Below, piece by piece: positions 1 through 14,771 of a stretch of DNA of 64,000 nucleotides (its first letter is position 1; every line of letters begins with the position of its first letter). The DNA comes from Phoronis australis (taxonomy: Eukaryota > Animalia > Phoronida): assembly GCA_002633005.1 (NCBI GenBank), contig NMRA01000282.1, positions 1 through 64,000 on the forward strand, in the 5' to 3' direction. Below the pieces are notes generated by a model. It was given only the letters and a program-made list of their open reading frames with translations, made no database searches and was not told the DNA's origin. A program made the position numbers and the translations under genes.

Positions 1-890
1 GCCCAATGGAAAACATCACAGACGCGGACCATGCACACGTTTCTGTTCAGCACCATGGGAGCTTTTTGCCAAGGTCTTTAATTTTTTCATTCTTTCGGCA
101 TTTGAAAAAGCAATTTACAATAGAATTAAACCATTACATGCAGTGGTGACGAATTTAGAAATCCATTAACGTTTATTAAAATCTGAAAGAGCACTTGAAA
201 AACAGCGATCTTGCAACCAGGCGAGTGGTTATCATCACTATAAACAACCCTAAACATAGATGCTACATTCATAGGAGCCTTTTTCAAAGTCCCCGTTGAT
301 GAGATACTCAGTCTTCCCTCCTCGGAAAAGTTTTCGAAAAATTTGTGGCAATCGAATTTTCTTGGAATTCTTTATTTGTAGCATATTAGATGACTAGATT
401 GCTAGGCTTCCGCTTAACTGTCTATACTATGAACAGGATTTTTATCGGCGACAAATTGTTGTTTCCATAGACACAATGCCATCTTTCCTGAAAAACCAGC
501 ACACATGATACGACTTGTCATAACCGACAATGTCGCGATGAAAGCCGTACCGTGTGTGGTGTTTGACGTCAAATCAGTACTCCTCTCACTAACTGCAAAA
601 AACGCTAGCATCTTCGACAATAGCAAAAAAACATAGATGTAAAAACAATGTGATATATTTGTCAATGAAAAAACGCCAGTGAAGTGAATAGTTACACGTG
701 TTACTTCTACTGGCGTTTTGCTTCAGGTTTGAGTTACTCCTGAAGTTTCCGCTAGCACTTTTGTAGCCAGGGAACTTAATTCAAAGAACACACATTGCGC
801 AGTGATAAAAGACCCTTTTCGAAGTTAGTCTTATGGCAGAAAGTAAAGTCAACGGGTTTTGACATAAATTGTCATAACGTCCCATATTTT

Positions 891-980
891 GACAATTTGG
901 GCCAACGCTGTGCACCCAAATTGTGACAATTTGGGCCAGCGCTGTAAACCCGAATTTTCACAATTTGCCCAAATTGTCAT
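891..980. repeat. 35-bp tandem repeat with GACAATTTG/CAAATTGTC motifs
   Basis: GACAATTTGGGCCA(A/G)CGCTGT..ACCC(A/G)AATT twice plus a partial copy. Confidence 0.7.
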
Positions 981-3900
981 AGCAATTGTCATAACGGCCC
1001 AAAATTTCACAATAATGTAAGGTGTGTCAGGGAAATATTCTAGCTATGAAGATTGGATGTTTCGTCGGGACACGATTTCCCAATTACAAGATGAAAACTG
1101 ATGTTGCGGTGGTAATAATTCGAGAGAACGGTCAACAGATTCAGCGTGTGCAGAAGACTTGCACCAGGGAAATTAGCAGTAATAAGGCTTAGCGCGACGA
1201 CGTATTTTGATAAAAATTGCATCTTTTATCAGTTGTTTACATGCAGACAGCCACGCATGCGCAATTCAATCACCACTAGTACAGCAGCGACACCGCGAGG
1301 TGAATTCTCCGAATAGCCCCATTAAGCCGTTATTCAAAATGCTGGCGAAAGGTCAATCTTGAGATACCTTGAGCGAGCTGGGAATTCCATGTTTATTCCG
1401 ATATTCCAGTGTTACACACGACATCTCAACCGACTAACTAACCGACACACGATGCCAGTTTCAGAACATGTCCAACGTGATTTAGCACAGCAAATGTTTC
1501 ATAAATGGAATATTCTCACATTTAGTGCGTGTATTTGACAATATGTTGCCAAATACCTAATGCGTACAGTCTCTCGCTTGGGTGACAAGCAAGGCCAACT
1601 TCACTGAGTGTCGGAGCTGTGAATACGTAACGTCGAGAAAATGTTCAATCGTTCATCTGGAATTCAAGGTAAGAAGATGGGACTGGTTCAAAAGTTTGTT
1701 TCTTAGATAACAGTGACGTTCCAAGCCAATTAAAACTGCCCAAGAGGTTAATTGCTCGTAAAATACCAAAAATGTCGCCCCGGCCTTGACTCTTGAATAA
1801 CGGCGTGCAATGACAAAATTGGTTAACGACCAAAGTGTATACGTTTGCTTGGTATTACGTTCTTGGAAATTTGTTTTTTCTAGAAAGGGCGAGGGTGGGT
1901 TTGGCGGTAAATTCGTTGCACAAGCTTGCAGTAATGTCATACGGACATTGGCGGACATTGTCGAACGAGACTGATTCATAAGGCCTTGGTTCTACCATTG
2001 TTACCACATGAAAGCGTTGCAAAGGCACATAAGGGTTTAGCTTACGTAGAAAATGGACAAATGACCTTCACTCCACATTCATATCTTTTTTGGTGTCATC
2101 GAAATTACTGATGGGACGCATTGCCTCGGGCAACATGTTCTATGTGTTCAGTTGGTTTCAAAGTCCCATATGACTGTCCGTTCCCAACATGGGACAAAAA
2201 TGGACGCTTCATCAGAGGCTACCAGTCGTGGATATGCCATTAAATGGTAGAATACCGCACAACCTTTTTTTTTATCGCACATCGACACACTGCTCCATGC
2301 GGTCTTCTAAGACCATACATTTTTAGTGCATGCGGTAAACCTCCCATTGAAAGGCTTTTAGCACTTAGTGGGGAGACTAACACTCAGTGAGTCAACACTT
2401 TTGGAAAGGAAACCCATAAATGGCCTGTCATAGCCCGAGTAGATCTGCAATCTAGTTTGATTTGGGCTAACTTCTGCTCGACTTCGTAATCCAGGCGTGT
2501 GTTAGTAAAGGCGAGAATCTCGCGAAAACACAAGAACAAGGAAGACTTAGCGAGATATCGTAATGTTTTACAAGCGAGGCGCTTGATTACACTTAAGATT
2601 CCGTAGCCAAATTCTTACGTTTACGAAATTTTCACCAGGTGAAACCAATGCGCCCACTGGAAACTTACCGTTAAAATATAACTACATGCCAGAGTCGTGT
2701 CTTGAATAGGTATCTAGTGTGAGTCTAACGTGCGAGGTGTTGTCCTGTGGAAATAAAACCAAACACGTGGGCTACAAAATGAAGCCGTGTTGTAGTTCTA
2801 CTAAGGCTTCGAAACTACTAACCAACTAATAAGTGGAAGACTCTTTAAAAGATTCGTTTTTGTCCAAGAACCTGGTTGTTTTGAAGCCTGTACATACAGT
2901 GTATTTAACAATAAAAAGTACACATAATTAATTTGAGAAAAGCTAAGAAAATTATTGATGCAAATAAATGGCACTTTAAGTTCCGCGACATGCCAGCTTA
3001 GGCCAGCTTGACGGTCACTTTTTAAATCACCACTGCACTCAACACGTTTCTTATTGAAATATCTTTTACCAGCACATAAAACTCATGGTAGCCGTGGCTA
3101 CGGTAAAACATCACCAATTAAGGACACATTATGGCGTGAAAGTAGAATGTTACTTTCTCATTGTTTCCATATGTATCACCTTTCCGTGTTCAAACTCTGT
3201 ACTAGAGCTACCAACAGACAATATTTTGAAAATTTGTGGACACTGAGAACAATGTTCGAAGCCACTGAAAAATGAAAAAGCAATTCTGGCAATTTTATTT
3301 GTCCGAAATTGGTGATATTTTACCGTACCGTGTTACTCCTTTCTTCCACTTAGCCCCTTCCACAAAGGACGGAAAAATCAGTACACAAGTGACCTGCCGG
3401 TTGGCCAGATCAACTGGTTAATTTATTTGATTGGTTATCGATGACGACTTCCCACTTATAGACCAATCAGATGCCTTAGCCGGTTGACACAGCGGAACCG
3501 GCGAAGTCAATCAAGTGCAATTAATGACGATGACACCTTCAGCAAACAAATTCAGCGAACTACAAACAGCGCCATCTTTAAACAGAATGTTTCATTAAAG
3601 CTTTTATTCGATTTTCTTATTTTTTTCAGATTGCTCTGTGAATCGACCGCACTTCAGAATTGTTTCGCAGCAGCTCAGTTAGTTTCTCTTTTGTAACTTT
3701 ATTCATTTTGAAGTGCCTTTGTCACTGCTTCTGTATTTGGCATTTGGTGTAAACGTGTCACTCGGCCAGCAATGTTGCCGGTTGCTCTGAATATAGTTTG
3801 TCTTCTTTGAAAGTTAACACACAAAGTAATAAATCTGACCATAACTTTATATTCGAGAATGTCCATGGTCTAAACCTCGAGGTCATTTGTATTATGTCGG

Positions 3901-4515
3901 GACCACTAAAAATATGAAATCTACAACACGTGCTCTATTATTGTTTTTCTTTTTTTGTTTATTTTTACTCAGTATTTTCATGAAATAGTTCGAGCTAACC
4001 AATACTTAATTATTTTTTCAGGAATTAATATTTTGGACATTGCTGATCGGTAGAAAATAGAAGTGAAAATGGTTTTCGGTCTTACATGTATATCCGAAGA
4101 AACGGCCTTGCTTTTATATCCGAATATCATCAGTACCTTCCGTAGACGCGAGAAGCTCGAGAAGGAACCTGCAGTGATCAAGTACTTCGCTCATATACTT
4201 TGTAAGCCAACATTAGTGTGTACTATCACACCGACACTGGCAGATTATCTCCACATGTAACATCGTTCGGTATTTTCAGCCAAAAGTGCAAGACCTTAAT
4301 ATCTTGTAATATTAGACATCATTTCTGCTGTTGACTACTGGAATTCATTTCTTCTGCTCTTCCCTTTGTCAAAAATTGTCTGTTTACCAAAGTATTTTTG
4401 AGCAGAAACACGAAATGTCGATTTTACGACATGTTGTTTGGAAGATCTTCGCGAACGGAATCGTAAACGAGACGATCACGCCACCTGGTGACAGGTGCTT
4501 CGCTTTTAGTACACG

Positions 4516-5366
4516 GCGGTGTAAAACAGATATGGCGGAGTAGAAGACCCCACACCTTCAAAACAGCAAACCGGCCCGAAAAACACAAGCCCGCATCTTT
4601 AAAACAGAAGCCTTGGGGATCGGACAGGACACCCGGGGACAGAAACACCACTGCCGCACTTTCTGCCAAACATTGTTTATCTCAAGAAAATGTGAATGCG
4701 ATGATTTCAGGAATTCCGATTCCAAATTCCGTATTAATGATCGATGAGGAGTTGAAGTATACTTTTTGAGGCCAAGAACACTGAAATTGGTGACAGTGCA
4801 GGTGAATAATTCTCGCTGTTAATTTCAAAATCCGGAAATTGATTGTGCGGGAAATAATGTACTCTCAACGATCCCTAAAATGCGGCCAATTCTATTTAAA
4901 GGAATTTTTAATTCCTTGATTAAAATCAACAATGGTACTCGAAGTAGAAATAATATTTTTGTTTTTTCATTTTTGAAAATATTTTTGTGGAAACTATTGA
5001 TTAATCCGAAATTATAATATTCACCGAGACGTGTTGAGAATATAGTTTATGCTTAAATTCGCCCTTAGACAAGTTGCACGAGTTTTACGGATGAAAATCA
5101 AATAGCAAAGCCAATAGTTACGTTTTATTATTGACAATGTTTCACAAACGAAAGCAGAAGCAATTGGAAAGTGCTTGAAAATGTTTTAACTCAAAATTTG
5201 AGGCTACTGACATCATCTCAGAAAATTTGAAAAGTTGTCCGGGTCTCTTGTCCGATCCCCGGAATTCCTTTTGTAAAAGTCGGGATTATTTTTTTCGTGC
5301 TGGTTAGCTGTTTTGAAAGTGTGGAAGTCTGTTTGTTTTCGTCTCCGGGATATCTGTTTTACACTG
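4516..5366. mobile_element. element with long diverged inverted arms (~130 bp)
   Basis: 4516-4640 (GTGTAAAACAGATAT..CACACCTTCAAAACAGC..GGGGATCGGACA) is the diverged reverse complement of 5236-5366. This explains why ORFs on opposite strands both read HTFKTAN. Confidence 0.6.
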
Positions 5367-8300
5367 GGTTTCCAATTTCGATGGAACTCCTCGGTTTTGC
5401 GGTACATGTTTAATAGGTTGCGACTTGGATCTTAAGCGGCTAGGAACAGCGGAGGAACGCCACATATTGACAATGAAGAACGATAAGGTTATCACCAATT
5501 TCATCGTTTTTATAGTGCCATATCCTGAACTCTTTCTACTCTGTACAAATCAACGTTGTCCGGCGCAATGTCTTTAGCGAGTACGGTTAACTAGTAATAT
5601 GCAGTCGCTCGAGCGCAAAGCAGCAGTTTTAAAGCAATTATACACGTGTCCCTAAGATCTCTTGTGTGATATCAATTGTAATAGATTTAATTAGAGCGGA
5701 CACACTAAAGGAGACAGTGACGGAGTGGTGCTCGAACTAGGATTGACACCCAATGTGACGTCATTTCAGAGGTGATAGCTGCAAAAAGACATCAATGAAC
5801 TGGCATTGATTTGAAAGTGCAATATATGGCTATTTCAGTGCGGGTTATCGCGAGTTTACCGTCGCAATTCCAATCGAACTGGAATATCTGTAGAAATTAT
5901 AGTGCAAATCACCGGGCTTAACGACGAAGAGAAACAATTCTAGTCACAGCGAAGTAATTGCTTAATGACTGTTAGGCGTTCCTAAGCTGAAATAGCACCA
6001 CACATGTCATTACAGCGTCCACTGAGGACTGTGCAGCCTTAAACGAGATTTACTAATACAGAAGACATTAATTGGAGGTGTTGTGACATTGCGAACTCCA
6101 TAGCAATTCATGTGAACTATTCTGAGCCAGACACAGCCAGCAAATGGTAAGCGGAGTGCATAAATCACCGTGGAGCAAATGGCGCTGACGGAAATGAGTT
6201 GAAGCTTTTCGAGAACGAGTTCCGTGTCTTTTCAGTTATTTTTAGGCGAACTTTATCGGACGCCCTTACACCCAAACAGACTGCACGTGTTAGGTTTCAA
6301 CTATTTCGTACCCTTCATTATGCATCATCCCCAACAGTGGCGTGTTTTGGACAGAATCGGACTAGATACATGTACACATCCGAAGTCGTGTTTCCATTGG
6401 CGCCTGAGAACACATCCGGGGATGTCCAGAGAATGATACCTTAGTGTGGTATTAACCAACTGGAAACAATTCGGGAAAAGTGAAAAATTACCAAGACTGA
6501 TCAATGTCATCAACCTAGCGCTAGCAGGTAGTTTCGTGCTACCTGACATTAGCACAGTTAACAAAGGCAACAATTAACGGCATTCGCCCACCTGCGCTTT
6601 GCAAAACCTACTCACATCCGGCGGTGATTTTCTTAATTGGTCCTGATCTATTTTTGCTCAGTCATCTTACTTCGTCACCGATGAGGAGGCACCGCTTTGA
6701 CAATTCCTTGACAGCCGCGGCAACAAATAAACCCATGGTGAGAACACATACGGCTATTAGACATGATGCAGTTGTCAAATCTGGAGAAAAACAGGCGAGC
6801 ACAAGCGCGCGCGGTCAGTGATCAACAGAATGTAGTCACTCGCTTACTTACGAGTCGTCTTGATCTGGCTAACAGAATTAAGGACTATCTATCATTTATT
6901 GCTGTAATACTATTTGTGGGTCCGAGATTGCCTTAACTTGGTTATGCCAACTTATCGACAAATCGTGGTCTCCGGGGTGCCTGGCGGCTTGCGCAAGCAA
7001 ACAAGTGTTAAGGACTTGCAATGAGCCCTTAGTTTGTTCTTACGCGTTCGTGCTGATAGACGGCGCCTGGTCGACCTAAAATGGGGTAAGTACAACGCAT
7101 GTAGTTTTGATATAAAATTTCCGGGTGTGCATTCACGTGTATATGACGAGCTCCGTGCTACTGCCTTTAGCCATCACCAGACGCTGACAGATGGGGAGGA
7201 TAAATACTTGCCAGCGCCGGAGACAGCTTTAATGTTTCCAGTGACCCCGTGAGGACACCACAGTTGGAAAGTTAATGCGTGTACCGTTTCTTTAGATTAC
7301 AAACAAAACGGCTTGCATAAAATAACAACATCGACGTCTCAAAGCAAGACTTTCCGCAAGTGAATCAGTGCAAGAAGGGAAATGTTTTCAGTTGTTAGAA
7401 GTGCATTCAACCAAGGAAATAAAAGACCAGGTTACCATTAACTGAACATTTTCAAGTGTTCGGCAAAAAATGTAATGATAATGAATTGTAATGAATTTGC
7501 ATATTTAATTAGGAAAAGGACAATATTCAAATACTACATAATAATGTTCTAGAAATTCTTAAAATTCTTATTCACGTTTTCGTAATCTCAACTTTAATTC
7601 GATGGCATTTCTTCTACGAATATTTACTTGACACTTGGTCGCTGTACATGGTACCACTTTCGTCAACCAATTTGTTCATGTACGTTAACACACCGATTGA
7701 TGAATGGCTTTCCACTGGAAAACGAATTGTTTGAAGACATTCTTGGTAGTCTTGGATGCATTGTGAGATAAGTACTACAAATAAAAAATGACTTATTTTG
7801 AGAGTGACTGAATTGGAGAGAGCACGGTGTCGCAGAAAAGTCCCTCTCCGAAATTCATGCAAAAGTCGCTTCCTTCCAGAAGGTTGGGGCGTTTATTGAC
7901 TTATAATCCGAATTAGCCAATTTGTCGAACGGGTCTTGAAACTACACCACAAGATGTGAGTGGTTTGTAAGCACAAGTCCTAGAAGAGTACTGTCAACGT
8001 GACCCCAGGTATGGAGAGACATTGAAGCAATTTATTCAAATACCCGGCTGAAAAAGCCCAAAGTTATCGATTCTCACTTATCTTGAAAAGACAAAATTGA
8101 AAGAAGCTTCTCATGCCAGTTATTACAACTAATGGCTAATGGCAACTTCAGTGAGTTAGCATGAACTTATTAAATTGTGCATGGTTTTGATGCAATGGCT
8201 ATTACTAACGTATTAGACATGAACTCTCATTTCGGAAGCGCTTCTTTTTCAAATCTTTCACGAAACTGGAATCAATCAAAAGTACCACGCCCGGTAGAAG

Positions 8301-8457
8301 ATAAGGCGGACCTTGGCACGTTATCGAACAAGACGCTGAGATTTTTTATCGTAGCGAAATGTTGCAGTGAGCCTTAAATTGATAATTTTCCATATTTATA
8401 CGTAAGGACCGACTTCACAAGCTGCTTTAACGAATTGTGTGCTAATTGAGCTTTAAG

Positions 8458-8627
8458 CATGGGCGGCGCAGCACTGAAAAAAGTGGGCGGTATAACCTCC
8501 CTGTGGTGCACCGCCCATACACCATGGGCGGCGCAGCACTGAAAAATGTGCTGGCTATAACCCCNNNNNNNNNNNNNNNATAACCCCCCCCCCCCCCTCC
8601 CTCACCCCCTGTGGTGCGCCGGCCATG
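8458..8627. mobile_element. MITE family A (dimeric), CATG termini, 5-bp TSD TTAAG
   Basis: Two units of CATGGGCGGCGCAGCAC...GTGGTGC(A/G)CCG(C/G)CCAT flanked by TTAAG on both sides; contains an N gap in a poly-C tract. Confidence 0.8.
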
Positions 8628-11600
8628 TTAAGATACAACTGTCTCAGCTAAGACTGGACTTCTGATAATGTGAAACGGCCCCCTGAACTTTAAAATACAG
8701 TTTCATCGTCCGTTCTTGTTCTAATACTCCAGCATCACCTGCATCCTACACAGTTGACTATAATCAAAAAGCATAATTATACTAGTGTTCCACGGCATAT
8801 TGCTGGCTGTCACCATAAAGTTAATGAAGAGTGGCTTCCAATTAACAGTCTGTAACTCGATGACTATCATAATATCGAGCGCATGCAAAGATGCATCTGT
8901 CTTGTGAAAGAACTGAGCGTTTTTAACAATTCTCAGTTAATTAAATTCCATAAACAATGGTGTTAACGCTTTATGCCTGTCACGTATTTTTATTTAAGAA
9001 ATATTCGTAAATACACTGATGGGTGGTAAGAAGAATGTTTCTGAAACTTGAAATGGCATTCCATGTTTGTGTATATGACTGAACAGAATTTGGAACTATG
9101 GAAAATAGTCTGACAGTGTCTCGTCAGATGTTTACCATCTTGGGTGCGTTAGTTATCAACTTTTGAATGAACAATACATCGCTTTGAATGTAATTGTGAA
9201 TTGACTTGAAAAGGTATTTTGGGAGTTTGGGTCATTTAACTTTAAACAGGCATCGAAGCTATTGCACTTGGACGAAAGATAAACGGACGTGGTGACAGAA
9301 ATGAAGCATCCCCTCTCATGGGCGTCTAGACAATCAAGGCTGTCTTATTAGCAGTTGTTCCTGTTGTTAAATTATTCACAAAGACGAATACGTCACAGAG
9401 AACAGACAGATTGGTTGGCATGACAACAGACATGTCCATCAAAGATCTCGCTTTTGCACGGAATTCTGTGGGTCACCGAGAAAAGTTTCATAGTGTATAC
9501 AAATGGCAAGTCGTCTGCAAACACGGCAACGAGCTTCTTGTGAGGGTGCATCGGAACTCTTTTAACATTGAAAACGGGCATTTCTTTTCACGAGAGTAAC
9601 CTGGTGAATGAACTGATTGTCCAATATGGGAGGTGAGATTTTGCCTCTTCTTTATCGTTTGCCATTGTTCTGCCGATTTGCAAGATCGGCTATATTCACA
9701 CTAAATCAATTAGGACCCAAGGGTTCTTGGAAGCTAAGTCGATTTCCTCCCGCAACACAAACGTAGTTACCGGTTAAGGTCGTTGGCATTCACTAGCTGC
9801 ATTTCTGTTACGTAACTTGCTCATTAACAATCTGAAGACCCAAGCACCATCGACCACCAGTAACAATTAAATCACGACGCACCTAGAGCTTCTCCAGCAC
9901 TGCAGATATAAGGAGTTGGCTGTAACACGTGGTTCGCTAGTCAGATCAACAAGTACGACTTACACGAGAGACACGACGGTGATCGTTTGATAGAAAATCG
10001 AAGGGAATTGTATAATAGTCCAGCCGTGCTCCAGGCACGGTGAGGGAGGGTGTAATTAAGTGATAGGAGGCTGGACACGTTAAAGTTCCTAATGAAATTA
10101 TCAATCAGTCTACACTTCGTTGTCTTCGCAACTAAGTTAACTGGGAAAGTAGAAGACTGGATATTTTTTGGAAAAATGCCAAATAATCGCGTTCGGCTAA
10201 ATGTCCTAGCAAACTTAACATAAGATAATCTTCGAAGAAAAAGGTCTACCGAGATGTAAATATGCTAATTCAGTCGAGAGTTTCACATTGCTGTCTCCAC
10301 GTGACACCAGAATTGCAGCTTCAGTTCAGGTTCTCCACTAGTATTAAACGAGCATAGAACGCAACGTTTCATTACAAAAATGGAATAGATATCGGCTTTA
10401 AATTTTTGATATTGTAGTAATGTTTCGATGGTAGCATCTTTATTTGTATTGAGGGTTGAAATTCTCAAAAAACGTATATATTGCACTTAGTATGTAGAGA
10501 AAGAAAACAGAAGAGTGCTTTTCGAAACTGATGTTCTTCCAAGTAAGTGTCGCATAAGAACAACGTACGGTGTCGTCAAGGCAACGTCCATGTGTAACTT
10601 CAGTGCTTAAACATTCTGCTTTTTTCAACAGCATCTGCTTGGCAGCTTTTGCCATCCGCAGATTGTTATTACTCCGGTATGAGTGGCGTCATCGTAATCT
10701 GTCACAGCGACACCCAGCGGAAGACAAGTCACGTTGGTGCTGACTGAGAGATTTGTATTAAATACATGCAACTAAGTGCGGGCGCATTGATCGGCCTAAG
10801 AAAGTGTGTCAGTGCAAGAGTTGGAGGAGACAGTTGTCTGCTGCGTACAGTCATTCTAGTATCTGTTCTTCGTCATACTGATTTGTAGTAAACAAAATTA
10901 TCGAGTATTAGTGTACTTGTGGCAGTTCGATTTAGTTTAACTTCATAATAACGTCTACGAGTACTACGGAAAGATGTACACGGGAAATACGGGGTTTACA
11001 GATACCAGTCGAGACATAGGGTTACGTTCTAGCTAGAGAAATTGGGCTTCATGTTTAGCCTTAAGATTTTTGTCTGTTTCCGCAAAAAACAGGATAGGTT
11101 CAAAACTTCCACAATACTACTACAGAAGGGTCATGACGATCCGGAGTAAATGTTGCCTGCAAAAATACGGAAGGATAGTTTAACATAATCCTCAGTCATG
11201 GCCCAATACTATCCCAACTTTGAGCACACCTTCCGGGCGTCAACGCATATTTTTGATTGCTACACAAATCATTGGAAATAAATTAAATACAATTATTTAG
11301 CCTAGAAAGCGAACCGTTATATCCAGGCATTTAAGTTTAAAACACGACTTATTTAAGCAAAACATAGGATTGAACAAAAATACCAAAATTAAAAAGTAAC
11401 TACAAGCGTCAACGCATACAATAACCACATTGACAGTAAATCCAAAAGTTACAATTAACATTTGCAAACGCTGAGGTGAAAACGATTCGAGGACTACGAT
11501 TTCCAGCAGATACTTATACATTTGAAAGCTTCCTTCCGTAATACTCTTCTTACGATACTTAAAAGGGGCATTTCGCTACTCAGTGTTTAGCTCCCAAATT

Positions 11601-13741
11601 TTGAGTTCATAACCGAAGCGTTTTGGGTTTTAAAAACAATACTAAGCTCATACGAGCTTGAATATTGTTACCGAATTAGCCGGCATTTTTGATTTCGCAA
11701 CGTCAGTGTTGACCAACACGTATAACTCTGTAGCGTCTTCTTTCGGTGTCCTTGTTCGTAACGGAAATAGAATCATGTCTCGATCAAGACTATCATGCTA
11801 TTTATTTGATAAGAATATCAGGCCTAATTCCATTCTCGTTTTAGCCTGTTCAGTAGGACGAAATTCCGCTTTAACTGTGTTTGTCGCTACAATGAAACGA
11901 ACATGTACTGCACATGACTATTACGCGTTCGCGTGACCTCGAATTCGAATTGCGCGACACTCTTTTGTAAACCTACTGAAGACGCCCGGTGAGACTTTGT
12001 GCGAGCGATTTTGCGTTGGTGTATATCTATCGATCATTTCGTCAATAGCATTTAGCCTCAAACTGTCATGGAAGCGACGAGCTTCGTACTTTGATCTCCC
12101 CCGGGCCAAGTCCTTGCCAAGTGTCATGCTTCGTCTTCTGACAGTAATCCGTCGCATTATCTCAGTCCACAGGAACCGTTTTAGATACAGTTACTGGCTT
12201 AGATCCGCTATTTACCCAATCAGAACATCTGAACAAGAGACATGGTCAAAATTTAAACGAATGGTCAACTAATTTTGTAAAATTTTACGTTGTCTTGTAG
12301 TTGTGAACAATTTACATAAAATGTGAAATACGTGCGTGTTAAGCTGAACCAGGAATTCTGACCAACTAATCCGAAGGAGGCACACTACAGTTATTACAGG
12401 ATTTTGGCTGCTGACGCACACCGAAGTAGAGATGAGGCTTTTCCTCACGTCCTTGTCAAGAATCTGAAAAAACAAAGGGTTTTGTACCATTCCCAACTCA
12501 CAAGTACTACTCATGATTACTGAAACATAATTACGCTACATATATTTAATCGGTTAATTCACATCGGAGAAAGCCCGGCACACAAAAGTATTACCAAAAA
12601 AACAACAAGTTCGACAATTTTCTCCACAAAATTTCCACTTCTCTGCAAGTGCTAGAAAAAGCTGACTACAGAATCAGAATGTTCATACTCCCCAGATTTA
12701 AAAATGTGGTCACAGTATGCCCCTTACCAGATACTTTTTGACAATTTTGATCTGTTTGACAGCCATCTGAAATCGCACCCGGTTCTCAGACAGCAGGCGA
12801 CTTGGGTTGAAAGCAAACGACAGCCACCATTTTGCATGAAAAATAGGTCACGGCTAAAAAGCGTGGCTTTTCTCGTTGAAAAGCACAAGCAAATCAGTTT
12901 TCAACGCATTCTACAAACCAGTCGCCAAACCTGACACACGCCCTTCACATAAATGACCCGTGGCCGCAGCCTAACTGTTCAGTGCTACCGAACGAAATGT
13001 GGGGCATACCAAAGACGATGCGGTCTCTGGACATACCAGTGCTACTTGCAACTATATCTTTGCGAGTCTAGATGGGGTAAACAATTAAAGTTACACTACT
13101 GAGGTAAAATATGTCATAGGTGACCCAAAGATTAATCGTTTAGATTTTCAAAGCTGTTTTTTGGTTACTCTGTGTTCAGTGCAACGCGGCGCGATAGGCC
13201 GAAAATAAAAGAGACTTAGCTCTCCCATTTGCACATAACCAGCTCTGTTGATTGGGCGTGACAAGACGAATCTATAAAATTCCAAGCCCGGTAGCTGTTT
13301 ATGCATACAGGGTACGTGTTTTTTACGTTAACGTCAACTTAAGTTGCCATATTTTCTCCAACAATGATATAGCATACGAAATACAGAGCATTCTGCACGA
13401 TAATCTGTTTGAAATGTGCACAATATGAGGCATCTCTGAGACAGCCTCATAAGCTCAACGTTGAAAATCGTCGAAAGTATCAGTTTGAATATTCAGTGCA
13501 CTTGAGTACAGGAGTACCTTGATCATAACACGTGACAACTTGTAATTGCAAGTGCACACATTTCCAAATTTGCCTCGTAGTAGTTGCACTATCTCTTAAG
13601 TGAAGTGCTGCATGGTCATGGGACGTCTAAATTCCAGTCAAGTAAACTCTTCCCCAGTGATCGTCGCAGCACAGGGTGTTGGTCGAAACTTGCTATTCAT
13701 TAAACACCATTCTATTCATCAAACTTTAAACTGAGGGTAAC

Positions 13742-13847
13742 AGAATCTTTTTGTTAGGGATAAAACGAGGTCTTGTTGCGCCACCGACTGGATTTTCATA
13801 AAAAACACACCAGACGCAACTGTGTTTTTGTCCTAACAAAGGATTCT
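13742..13847. repeat. short inverted-repeat element (MITE-like)
   Basis: AGAATCTTTTTGTTAGGGATAAAAC ... GTTTTTGTCCTAACAAAGGATTCT imperfect inverted arms. Confidence 0.55.
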
Positions 13848-14001
13848 TCGTAATTGATAATCTCGAACCCAGACTCTGGTTAGCATTTGAGTCAGGTGGA
13901 ATTCTCTAATACTTGCTTCCTGATTAGTCAATCGGATAAGGTGAAGAGGGAGTCATTTGACTACTAATTAAGTGTTTTACAACCTTAAATCTCGTGACCT
14001 G

Positions 14002-14249
14002 GGGCCCGTTCCAACGAAACTGACTTAGCTAGGACAAATCTTAAATTTTATTAAATTTTAAGATGAAAGTTAGATTTGTCTCAAAACCAACTCATGAAAG
14101 AGATCCTAAGTTTGACTTCAGTGTATGATCTACATTTTGTCTTAATTCTGAATAACTTTCCAAATGTTGAAGTTTCAAAGTTTGTAAGTTAAGACAAATC
14201 TTAGACTTAAGTCAAAAATGAACTTACGTCAGTTTCTTGGAGCAGGACC
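14002..14249. mobile_element. PIF/Harbinger-like (Tourist-type) MITE
   Basis: GGGCCCGTTCCAACGAAACTGAC...GTCAGTTTCTTGGAGCAGGACCC imperfect TIRs, CTG flanks, AT-rich interior. Confidence 0.6.
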
Positions 14250-14771
14250 CTGAGCCATAACCCTGACAGTAGACGCCGGTAAAAAGTTGTGATCACCAGT
14301 CTCCCTACTCACGTGTTCCTCGAATAGGACACTGCTTCGGTGCCCAGAGCTGTGGTGGGGCCAACCACCTTTTGGCATTTAAAAGCAGCGCTTACGCATC
14401 GTAAAATATATGATACTGCGAATTCAGTTCACCTTTAAAATTCAAGGTGATACGGTGGGCATTGGGCTCCTACGTACCTCTAAATTTACCACTACAGCAC
14501 TGTCGGTGCCACTTCAACTGTGCATCTACTTAGTTCCATCTCATGGCGGTTATTCAAACAAGAAGAACAAGCAATTAAGTCTTGCAGCAATTTAATAAAT
14601 ATGTGTCACAGAAAAAAATCAACAGAAAACGAGAAAAATACGAGATATTTTGCTTGTGGGAATACCCGCAGTAACTTGGTATGTTCAAAATATTACTAAA
14701 TGATATGCTCTTGTCCAGTGCAACAATTAGCAGTTGAAAGGGTCATGTAAGGACAAAAGAGACCTTAAGTG

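Noticed and set aside
9020-9028. Gli/Ci binding site TGGGTGGTA
   Set aside because: Single 8/9 match to TGGGTGGTC, expected by chance in 64 kb.
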